Shown: piece by piece, positions 15,948-27,900 of the stretch | Layout: every line of letters starts with the position of its first letter | Position numbering within the stretch: the stretch's first letter is position 1 | IMG/VR virus record: IMGVR_UViG_3300027142_000285 | Span: 1 to 35,001 of that record | Direction: 5' to 3' (one strand) | DNA: 35,001 nt | DNA from: a virus | Taxonomy: Duplodnaviria > Caudoviricetes | Notes under the pieces: model-generated | What the model was told of the DNA's origin: nothing | Databases searched by the model: none | What the model saw: only the letters and a program-made list of their open reading frames with translations | Program-made: the position numbers and the translations under genes

Positions 15948-18900
15948 TAGGTAATTGTATTGTTGCTCCGCGGAGGAATCTGCTAATATCATTCTCAGAA
16001 TCCTTAAGAGCTTTACCCGTTTCGTTCCAAACTTTTCCTATTCTTCTCACTACATTTATATAAATATTTTCAGCCGGTGCAGTTGCTAGACTTATAGTTC
16101 CTGCTTCAACATCGACTGTAAACTCTGGCGGAAGTACAATGTCTGCCTCCGGGCTATCTTGATCGATTGTTGCAACAAACAAGTCAAGACTTGTTTTTCT
16201 TAATTTTCTACCTGCAACAATTACATCAATTTCGTTTACCGATGCGGGTGTAAAATCTAGTACAAAGTCAGTTGATGTGCCGTCACCAATAAATGTTTGA
16301 GTTAGTGTTCTGTCTCTGTACGGAATGTTTTCGTCAATTCCTTGTCCATACAAAGTTGCACCAGGATTATAAACATTCTTAATGCCAGTTCCTAATGTTC
16401 CTCTTCTTAGTTGTAACAAATAGTTTCCTACAACTTCAAAGTATTCAATACGTTCGCCTTCTATAAAAACAACTCCTGGCTTGTTCATTTCTTTACTAGG
16501 GATAGCAATTCCGGCCGAACTTACTAAAGATATTCTAGCATCATAGTAATTAAGTGGATCTTTTAAAACATATGAGTTGTTTTGATTTAACCGCTTATAA
16601 TGAGTTCTGTTCATTATATCTTTAAACATTCTATAACCAAACTTTGGTACAACTGGATTAGCTGAAAACTGTAATATGTCAATTGTATCATTTTCTATCG
16701 GAGTTCGTAGTAACTTTACTGCGCTTCGATTATCAGTTAAAGTGTAGTCGACATTAGGAGTTAACAATTCTCCATTGTGTATAACCCACGCATAATTTCC
16801 ACTTGTAATTGGTGATCTTAGTTCAACAATACCCGAAGAAAGAAGATTTCGTTTTACATAATCGCTCGATCCTGCACTTACCGAAGTTGTTGTTAACACA
16901 TCATAAGATATTCTATTAAAGTCGTTTACATCATGATTGCTAAATGTATAAATTTCAACTACCTCGCCACTTGACGGTGCTATTGCAAACTGTATAGAAT
17001 CGCTTAGTACATATTTTATACTTGCTATTCTGCACTCAATAGACGAATGCCCATCAAAGTCTAATCTAAACACGTCATTGCTTACAAACGCATCTCTAAT
17101 ATTTGTATTTCTAGTAACAAACTGTACTACATTGTTATCTGAAGAGTGTACTACTAAATCTTGTGTAGTAGAATCAACCACTGCCGCGCTGTCATCATAA
17201 ACAATTGAAGTAGCATAAACGTGATCGTCTGCTTGTAAGAAATCTAAGTTCAATGTTTGACTAGGCAATGCTTCAAATGTTATTTGAGTATCAAGAGTCC
17301 AATAGTCTGCATTTTTTAACACAAAAATTTCTAATTTACTTCCAGCTGGGGCAACTGTTGAAAACAGTATTTCGATAGTTGCGTTCACTGGATCAAACGA
17401 ATATTGAGTTGACAGTAGCTGAACTCCATCGGCAAACACTATTATATCAGTGTCATCTATAGAAGTTGTATCTTGGAATTGCCACTCTTCGATTTGGTAC
17501 ACTCTAGCACTGGTTGTAGTAAACGAAATATTGTAACCAGGGTTTAGAATTCTGTCGTTAACTGTAACCAATATTTTGTGAGATATCGGCAAAGCGTTAA
17601 ACGGAATAGGAATATTTGTTGTGTCAAACTTATGATAGTTTGTCAAGCCGTCGGCTTCAAACGTTCTATCTATAACCATTTGACTGTAAGTTTTTAATTC
17701 ACTGCCATAAATTGTCCATTGTACAAAATTATTTTCTGCAAGAACTGTAAAGTCAAAAACTATTTGTACTCTGTTCGGATAGTCACTAGTGTTTGAAGAT
17801 TGAACTAGTGTATATGCTGTACCTTCGGACAACACTTCGCCATTCTTAGTTACAAATGCCGATAACTCAGTTTGCCAAACAGCACTTGTAGTAACAACCA
17901 ATGTACTGCCGTCGGATACAAATGTGCCTGTGTCTAATAGATCTATACCGTTTGTACCGATTGACATTATTGACAAGTTAGATCCAAGTGTTGAAATGTC
18001 ATTATCAAATAGTAGTAGATTATTCTTCAAATCAAGCGAGTATAAATCAGACGATACAATATCGTTATCAATTTTTACTACTACACTATCAACGCTTTGT
18101 GGCACAGATGGTAATGCAAAACTTGTCGAATCTCCATCGATCTTAAAGTTTGCTACACCTATTATACCTGTGCCATCTGTTGTTCTGTGATAAACTTGGA
18201 TATCCAGTGTATCCAGTATTTGTCCTGGAACAAGTTCTTCTGGACCTCGAGAAGTTGTTGTTGTAACAAATCCGTCGCCGTCGATGTTTATCTCTCCGCT
18301 TGACACACCTGCTGCTGTAGTGTAAGCTAAGTTACCGCCTTCAATTGCTGTATCATAGCTGTCGTTGGTTGGAACAAAACTTCCATCACTTGTGCTTTTT
18401 CTAATTACAACTACATCGCCGTCAACAATAGAAATTAGTTCTTCGTTTATAGAAACAACTGTAGTTTCACCGTCACCGACTAATGTTTGCATTAGTGCAT
18501 TTGGATTCGAAAGTACTGTGCTGTAATCGTACTCAGGATCATCAATTCTAACGTTGTTTAGATACACGTTGTATTCAAGGCCGTCTTCTAATGGATTCGT
18601 TAGTTCGAATGTATTTGTACTTCCATCACAGACAAATATTTCATCGTCGTATGTATTACTAAATGTATCCCACGGTAACGCACCATATCCCGAAACGTCA
18701 AACCCTTGCTGAGTTCCAAAGTCTATGCTGTCTAAAATTGTACCAGTGTAGTCAACGCCATCCATTAACTGAGACAAGTCTTTACCTAGCATTCCAGTTG
18801 AAGGATTGTAGAAAAAGTTAATTCTGTCAGCAGCCGACAACAGTTTAATATTTTTGTTGTACGTAATCTGTATCAAAGACTCGTTTGCTGGAGGATCCAT

Positions 18901-21900
18901 AAACTCAATGTAACCGATTTCTCTGTTGTATGTTTTTGTTTTATCTGTAACATTTCCAACAACAAATTGACTTGATAGCTGCTTTACTCCATTTACACTA
19001 ACAGAGTAAGTATTTGTTCTCAGATCGATTGGCCATTTAAGGTAGAACAATTCTGCGGCGCCAGTTCCTGTAAATGTCTGTGTTTCATCAAGTTCTGTAA
19101 ACAAGTAAGAACCCGATACTCTATCAAATTTCATTCCAATGCGAGTGCTTCTTACAACTCCATTACCTAGAACTGCAACTGCTTTTGCTTGAGAACCACC
19201 CTCTGCTATACTGCCTTCTATTGTTATTTCAGGAGCAGTTAAATATTTTCCTCCTGTATTGTCAATGATAACCGACGAAACTCTTCCTCTGCTTAGGTAC
19301 GCTCTTGCTGTAGTTCCGTTGTTATTATCAATTCTAACCAACGGTGTTGACGTATATCCGCTGCCGCCATCTGCTACATCGATTCTAATAATATCATAAC
19401 CGTTATTATCAAGCCACGACTTGAATGGATATTCTAAGTATTTGTCAGCAATGCCTGTTAAAACTCCGTCAATAACGCTAATACCATTAGTCTCAATTTC
19501 TCTAGTTTCTAAGTTATAACTTGGAGGCAAGTCAAAGTCTGTAATCAGAGATTGAGTAGGCTCAGTATATGTATAAGAACTGATATATTCTCTAACCTTT
19601 GAAGCATACGGTTTTACTTCATTAACGTAATCTTCGTAATTTTCTAGGTTGTCATTTTTAAATGTGACAGACTGAGATAGATTTCCTAGATTGTGCTTTG
19701 CTCGTATAAAGCTAGTTTTAAATGCCCAATCTATGAAAAGTTGTTCGCTAAATGCATATCGTACACTAGCAAAGAATAATTTGTTCCACTCAACTTCTAA
19801 GTCACCAATGAATATGTCATCTCTTAGTGCAGTTAGTATGTTTCGTAATTCCACAACAGGTTCTCTGTCATAAAATGCAGTATCATATATGTTTGCATCA
19901 TATCCACTTGTAGTTGTGATAAAGTCATAAAGTCTTGAAGCTAGTTGTATAGTTCCGTTTTCTCTGCCTATTGTTTTATAATTTATTGTATAATCTTCAG
20001 TTAGTTGATCATCAATTTTTTCTAATAGCAACCAACCGCCAGAACCAATAGTGTTAATTTTAACAACATCACCTATGTTATTATCTAACCCAAACAATTC
20101 GTATGATTCGTTTACAGTTTGATTTATTGCAGTTTGAGAACCGTATCCTGCTGCATACCAATCAGCATATGTCCAATAGTTTTGAGTGTTATACTTTTGA
20201 CTATCAACTCTTGTCCACGATCTAGCCGATTTGTTATAATCGTAAATTGCCCAACGGCCTACTATTTCGCTATCAGACTTAACAAGTACACTAAACTTTC
20301 TTGGGGTTAATGTTGTATTGCTAGGATAATTTTTACCTTTTGATCTTACTAATACAGAAGTTATTTGTCCTAGATTATTGATAGTTGTTTTAAATATAGC
20401 CCCTGTTCCTGACGAGCTTGTAATTTTAATTTCAGGAGCAATAACGTAGCCTCTTCCAGGGTTTACAATATTAACAGAAATTATTCTTCCATCTTCGACA
20501 ACTGGACTTAATACGGCTTGCTCAGTTTTTGCAACTATAACAAATCTTAAATCTTCCAAAGTATCGACTGTGGTATCATACCGTCCGCTGTTTTCATTAG
20601 GAATTTCTTCTTGACTTAGCAACATTGACATATCGTAGTTGTCTACTATCGAATTTTGCAACAATACAGAATTTGCTCTTTCAACAACTTGTTTTAGTGC
20701 TTCTGTTTTATTAATAAACATGCCCTGTCTTGGAGAATTTAATATACCATATTTTTGTTTAACAGAGAGTGCAGTATCGGGCACAGGTCTGTCGTTAATG
20801 TCGTATCCAATTAAACTATCAAACCACTTTGTTTCAACTTTTTCGTTAGGCTTGCTACTTGCTAAGTTTTCAGTTAATAGTTGATACTCAGAATGAATGT
20901 TGTTTATATTAGTCAGGTCATTTGTTATTGTGAAATGTAATGCAGTTTTTGTGCCTTCGATGTAACTACGGGCATTGTATAATGCAAATTTGTCTTGTCC
21001 AATTAGTGCAACAAAAGTATAACCAGTAGATGCAGGATCTTCAATTAACTTTGCAACATCAAACGCAGACAGTTTTCTGTTATTTTTAAAAGGAATAGTC
21101 TGAGGATTTTTAACCCAGAAGTAATACTTGTAGTTAAAAGTTCCTGTTTCTATGTTATAAACTTTACGTAAACTATATGCATTTAGATGTAGAGGAGTTC
21201 CAGTTATACCGTTAGCAAAGCCTTCGTTGGTTTCAGTAATTCTGTTATATTCATCCGGAGTTAAATCTGATTCAGTCCATTCGTACACATCAATTGACGC
21301 ACCATCAACTAATTTATTCCACCATGCAGTTCTGTACTGAGTAGTTCCTTGATAAGGATTGTACCAGCTAGCTTTAGAAATGTCCCACCACAGTCTTCCT
21401 ACTTCCGATGTTGTCCATGAATTTAATTTGTCAACAAATACGTCAGGATAATTTTGATTTATATCTTGTTCAGCAACTGAGTAAACAGCTGGGTCATACC
21501 AAGTTTTATAGAAAATTTCACTATCGGCAACCCCGGCAATTTTTCCTTGTCGTGGATCTATCAAGTCGATTGTTCCAAATGTAGTATTCTTTTCAGTATT
21601 ATATAAGAACACTTTCTTAATATATTTTACATCAACCTTATTAGTTTGCGATGTAATTGTTGACCAACTATTGGTATTTCTTTCTGCTCTGCAATCAACT
21701 AACATTCCAATTGTAGAGTCTTCATTTGTTATTTCTGGAAATCCTATATAGATATGGTTGTCAACAATTTTAAAATTAGTATTATCCTGTAGTCTAGTAT
21801 TTCTTGTATAAATTAGATCTTCTGCGTATACAAAGTTATCTCCAATTTCCTGGAATACATACAACTTTCCTAAATCTTCAGCGACTGTCATAAATCTTGT

Positions 21901-24900
21901 AGAATTGTTATCAAATACAGTCGCATTATTATCAAACAACATTCTAACTTTTGAATCGCCGTTTTTGCTTGATATTACAAGTTTGTTACCAGCAAAGTCA
22001 ATGCCGGTGCCAAACGATTCGTTATGTTCAGTAAACGGACTCGGAATAGATTGTTGTAAAGCAAATACACCGTTTACTTGTTTGTAAATGTATACTATTC
22101 CTGTATCAATTCCGGTTAAGTTATTATGTGGAGCACCAACAGCTATCTTTGTTCCTGTATCGTTTATTGCTAAACTAAATGCATAATCTTCAACGCTGTC
22201 ATCAGTATCTATATACTGACCAAACTGCCAGCGACTGCCTTCGTTTCTATACAACCCAATTCTATTTAAAATTGTTGGATCGCCGTTTTGAGTTAGTCCA
22301 GTATCTAATGATCCTGATAACACTATCATATCACCTAGCGAATTAACATCAAAATTATATCCGATGCCTGTTGCATTTACCAATCCCGTACTATCACTAT
22401 CGCCATCGATTACATCTACAGTATTAGGAATAAAGCCAACATGTTCGATGTCTGAGCTCAATGAAATCCAGTTAGTTAAGTCAAAAATTCCTGGTGCTAG
22501 ATTTGTACTTGCTTTATAAAGATAGCCTTCGTAATAAACGATTTCGTCTACATAGTACTGTGTTGTTTCTGAGAAGGAACCTTTGTACATTCTATTACGT
22601 GAGTATTTCCAGTTGCTGTCGGTATACTCAACAAAATAAATTCTACCTGTGCTACTGCCCGGTGCACCTATAAATATTTTAGGTCCGCTGTAATGATTAC
22701 GTATCTGTATATTAGCGCCAAACCGTTCACCGTTCATTGGATCCGGACTTGTAAATGTTGTAATTAGATTGTATAAACTGTTAGGTTGTTTTTCATATAG
22801 ATATACAATACCTTGAGATGACAACCCGCTACTACTACCAGTAGCATCACCTTCTATCAAGTAAGTTGGTGTCCAGTCTTGCGACAAATCAGAAATTGTG
22901 CTGTTATCACCTGCAATAGTTTTATTTGCTTTCCATAGAGTACCACGATCGCTAACAATATCGCCTTCTGCGTAACTACCAGTAGGATTTAAAATTCCTA
23001 CATAACGAGTTTTAACATTACCAGCATTTGGTGCTCCAACTGCAATGTACTTTCCGTCAGGACTAATTGCTACGCTGTATCCATACTTAGAGCTACTATC
23101 ATGTATAGAAGTCGAAGGCAGGATCTCTTGATATTTTGTCTTTGCAATAGATTCGTTAAATCTATAATATAAGTTAACGTATCCGTTTACTCTGTCCGGC
23201 GAACCAACTACAATTGTAGAGTTTGAAGAAGATACGTCAAACGAAGATGCAAATCCGTCACCGTCGCCGGTTGGATTGATAGACTCTTCTTGCAGTGCAA
23301 ATACCGAAGAGTGTTTGTACACAGCCCATTGGCTATCTACTGCATCATCTACCCAAATTTTATCACTCAAGTCATCTTGTACTTTATAGTACTGATTGTT
23401 AATGTCATTGGAATCAGCAAATCTTCTAGATCTAAAAATAGATACTACACCGCTAGAATCTTCGTAAGGAGTGTTAATATCAATACTAACCGGAGTTTCA
23501 GTTACAATGCTTACCTTATCTAGTACTACATCTACAATTTTATGAAAGCCATTTATGTTTAAATTGTTGTTGTATATTCCGATTATTTCATCTTTTTCAA
23601 ATGGTACGTAGTTTTCAAACTGTAATGTAAATCCGCTTGGTGTTCCGTTTTCGTAGAACTTTCTATCAGTTGGAGTGTATGACTGAATCCCAATAATCTT
23701 TTGATCTGAGTTTACATGTCTTACTACATCCCATGTGTTGTTTTTTTCAACTATCCAAACGTGATTACCTAGCTCAACTTCTTCAATGTTTAAAGTTAGT
23801 AATTCGTCGTATGTGTTAACTACATAATCAACATCATCGTTTCTAACATATCCACTATCTCTTGTGAATGTTGTTGTGTTTGTAGTTAGAGGAAACGGCT
23901 TATGGGTATAATCGTCTGGCTTCAGATAAACATCATAAGAAGGAATTTCGTAAACTAAATCAGTTCTAGATGGTGACAAACTACTAACCAATTCAAAAGG
24001 TTGTGGCTCTAGTCTATACTTTTCTTCATCTATTTTGTATTCAACTTCTTTTATGTTATTAACCGAACCATACTGCCCAAGAGCAATAGCCCATTCTTCA
24101 AAGAATTCTAAACTATCTTTGTCCGCAGAGCTCAGTGCATCAAACAGTTTTGTAAGAGAATTTTTTGTTCCTTTTTCTGCAATAAAGCCTTGATAAAACT
24201 TATACTGACTTACGTCATCGTTAATGATGTTTGCAAGGTATTCACGCTTTTGATATCCGATTAAGTGTTGTCCTAAACGTTGTTGCTCTGTATCAAAGTT
24301 GTCAGTGTCTAGATCATAAAAATCAGTAAACTGATTAACTTTATAATCCCAGTTTGCATATAAAGACGGTGTCGGTTTCTCGTCTAGTAGATTCCAATGA
24401 TTAGCATCAAAGTAATCAGTACTTGTGTGTTTCATATTTGAACTGTAATAAAATTCTTTGTATTTTACTAAGTCACCTATTGAATAGTCAGTCCATGTAT
24501 TCCAATTACTAACGTATGCTCGATCGTAGAAAAATCCCGGTATGTTTAATCCACCATTCCAGTTGTCAGTTCTGTAACCTACTAACTTTATTCTTTCTTG
24601 TCTATATCCCGGAATCATATCATAAATGATATCATTAAAGACTGTAACGTTGTCTAATAGCACAACATGTTCTGTTTGTACTAACGGTAGTCTAACTAAG
24701 AAAATACCTTCGGCTGTTTGTATTGGTTCCAATCCGTAGGTATTAGCATTTGTTCTATATATAGAAGAAAATTCTTTAGATAGTCTCTCGCCAGTTCCTG
24801 TTAAAATGTTATAATCGTAAAAATTATCAAATATGTCATCAACCATATGATAATCTTTAGAGAATTTTACACTGTTTCCAACAGGACTTATTGTTATAAC

Positions 24901-27900
24901 CGATCCAGTATCCCAACCTTGAGTAACCCAGAACATAAATTCTTTTGCACATAGACGCATATCTTCTACTGCTTGAGTTTCTGAATTATAATAGTCAAAG
25001 ACGAATCCTTGCACTTTACAATAATTCTCGTAACCTAAAATAAAATCAACTACTTCTTGAATTGATGCAAATGTATATCCGTAAGGATATGCAACAACGC
25101 TATCTTCAAAAGTTGTTCTAAATACTGCACTTACTCCGCCAACAATAGGAAGTGAAGATAGTTTTGTAAACTTAGTTTCTTCAAACGCCGATGAACTTTC
25201 GTGTGTTACTTTTGTTCTATAATAGCTGTTTTCATATCTAACAATAATACCAGCTACATACTGCTTGTTTTCATCCCATTCTACAAACGACTCGCTTATT
25301 CCTCCAACGTTAACCACCGGATCAACATTTCTTTCTCTGTGAGGATTTATGTAAAACACAGATGATTCTTTATCATATCCTGATAAGATATATCCATTTT
25401 CATTTTTTTCAAATATCATACCACTTAGCGATGGAACATCTAATGCGCTGCTTGTGTTTAATACAATTTGATAGTTTTCCTCTGGTACAAAGACGTTTCC
25501 TTTGTTTAACGGTGTTCTGCTATCTAACACTAGTTTTAGTTTTGTTTTGTCAGCAAAACCACCTAAGTAAACTGCTAATTGTAAGTTTAGATTTTTTAGT
25601 TGTTCTTTATAAGAAGAAAAGTTTGCAGAATGTTTGGTTGTTATATAGTTGGCAACATAATTAACCAATCCAGATGTTTGTACTAACTCTTCAGTTTCTA
25701 GCGTACTAGGAAATACCAACTCGCTGAGTTGTATTCTCTTGTTAGTTTCTGTATAAACAAAATTTCCAGCAACGTCTTTGGAAATTCTAGATAAGTCAAA
25801 ACCTATACCAAACAACTTAGAAGGTTGTAACAACACCCAGGCAGTTATAAATGCAAACGGAAATTCCGAGCTTCTTCTCCATGCAGTTTCGACGTATGCT
25901 TCATCACCAAATGCAAACTGACCTCTTGTTTTTAGTCTGTCAACATTTTGTGCTAATCCGCAGTCAACTGGACTTAGCAATTGTCCATATTCGTTTACAG
26001 GAATATTGTTTAACAATCCAGGTCTATAAAACTGTACATTTCGTTCTATTAGTTTGCCTGGCTGTCTAATAATTCCTTCTTGCAAGTCGTACCACAATAC
26101 AGTGTTATTGTTTGTGTACGGGGCAGGTCCGTATACATCTTCCCACCAAGTAGGTTGTATTGTTAAACCTAACATTTCCCAAGGATGAGTGTGCGGTCTA
26201 TCAGTATCAAAATAATGTTTATAGATACTTCTCCAAAATCCGTCTAGATTGTTTCCGTTTATATCTGAGCTATACTTGTAGTTGTAAGAAAATCCGTCGG
26301 AAATGTCCCACGCATCATTTTTTACATAATCCGGAGACCCTGCTACTTCTAACCATTGAGCAAAGTCTGATAACATTATGTTGTTTAGACTTTCTTTTTT
26401 AAATCCAGTGTCTCTGTTTACACCATTGATAAAATCAAAAATGTTAAGTTTAGACACATCATAGGACGACTTAATGTTGTTGTAAATTCTTCTTTCTAGT
26501 TCAAGTATTAGTTCGTCACGATAGTCATTGTATGCTAGTATTAAACTACCGTCGTGTCCTTGAATCATAGTCTGAGGAGTAGAATATGTAGTATCCACAA
26601 TTAATGAAGGAATGTATTTAGGATACAATCCTAGTTTAGTAGGTGTAGGAGGAACAAATGTTCCGTTAGTGCTTTCAAATTCGTGTACTTCAACTGTATC
26701 ATTTGAATCTAAATCTAATGTTACGTAAACAAATTCGTTTTCAAAAGTATAGTCAACTCCGTGTACTAACTGTTCACCATTTAAGTACACTAATATAGAT
26801 CTAGTAGATAGTGTTTGTAAATTAAATGTCTTTGACATTGCAAAATACGCAGGTCCTGGATACTCTACAGTTGTAGATGAAACAGTCGATGACTGGTACC
26901 CTAACATATCACTAAAATAAAATGAGTTTGTTGAAGTTTTATCTTTGTTAATTCTAGAAAGAATTAAGTCTACATGCTCTTTAACTGAACCATGAAATCC
27001 TGAATTTTCTGCTTCGTTTAAAAATGTTCTTTTAAACTTAGCGTATTCTTTTTTTGCATATCTTATAGATTTAATAATGTTAGCATCTTTGTCTGTGATA
27101 TGGTAAAGACCTAGCGGCAACGGACCTGAGTGTTGTATAAATTTGTTTCCATATGTAGATACGTTACCTAAGTCTCTTAAATTGCTTGCACCCGGAAACT
27201 CGCCTGCAAAGGTTCTAACATTTTCTATAATACTGCTAGCATGATCATTTACTTCGCCTAGCGTAAATACAGATAGGCTTTCGTTTAATGGATTTTTTTC
27301 AAGGTTTGACGGAATCTCGTAGAATCCGTTTGCATTTTTTGTTGCACTACTGTATGCTTTAATTACTAACGAATCGCCTACTGTTAGATCATTATTAAAA
27401 ATTACAACTGCTATATTGTTAACATTTTCAATAGTATACTCACTGGTTAGTTTTTGTTTTTTTCCGTTAACATAAACATATACAACCAAGTCAGTAAGCG
27501 ATCCACTGTTGTCAAACATGTCGACAGCAAAATTATTTAATTGTGTATCTACTATAGAATTTTTAATTACAAACTGTTTACTGTTTGCATTTGCTTTAAC
27601 CCATCCGTTAACAAAAGAATAAGCGTCTCCTGAAGGATCATATAGTTTTAGATATCCTTTATCAGTGGTTACGCTTCCGCCGCGATGAACAGCAGACTGG
27701 TACTCAAAGGAATCGTTGGTTAAATCAAAGATAAATTGTATATCGCCGATATTGGCAATGTTTTGGTAACTTAATGGAAAACCTAGTTCAACATCATTTG
27801 ACCCTGTACCTATTTTATAGCTAAAAACTTTATTACCAGCAAATGTTGATGCTGGATAATAAGTTAAATCATTAAAAGCTATACCAGTTTTATCAAACAA

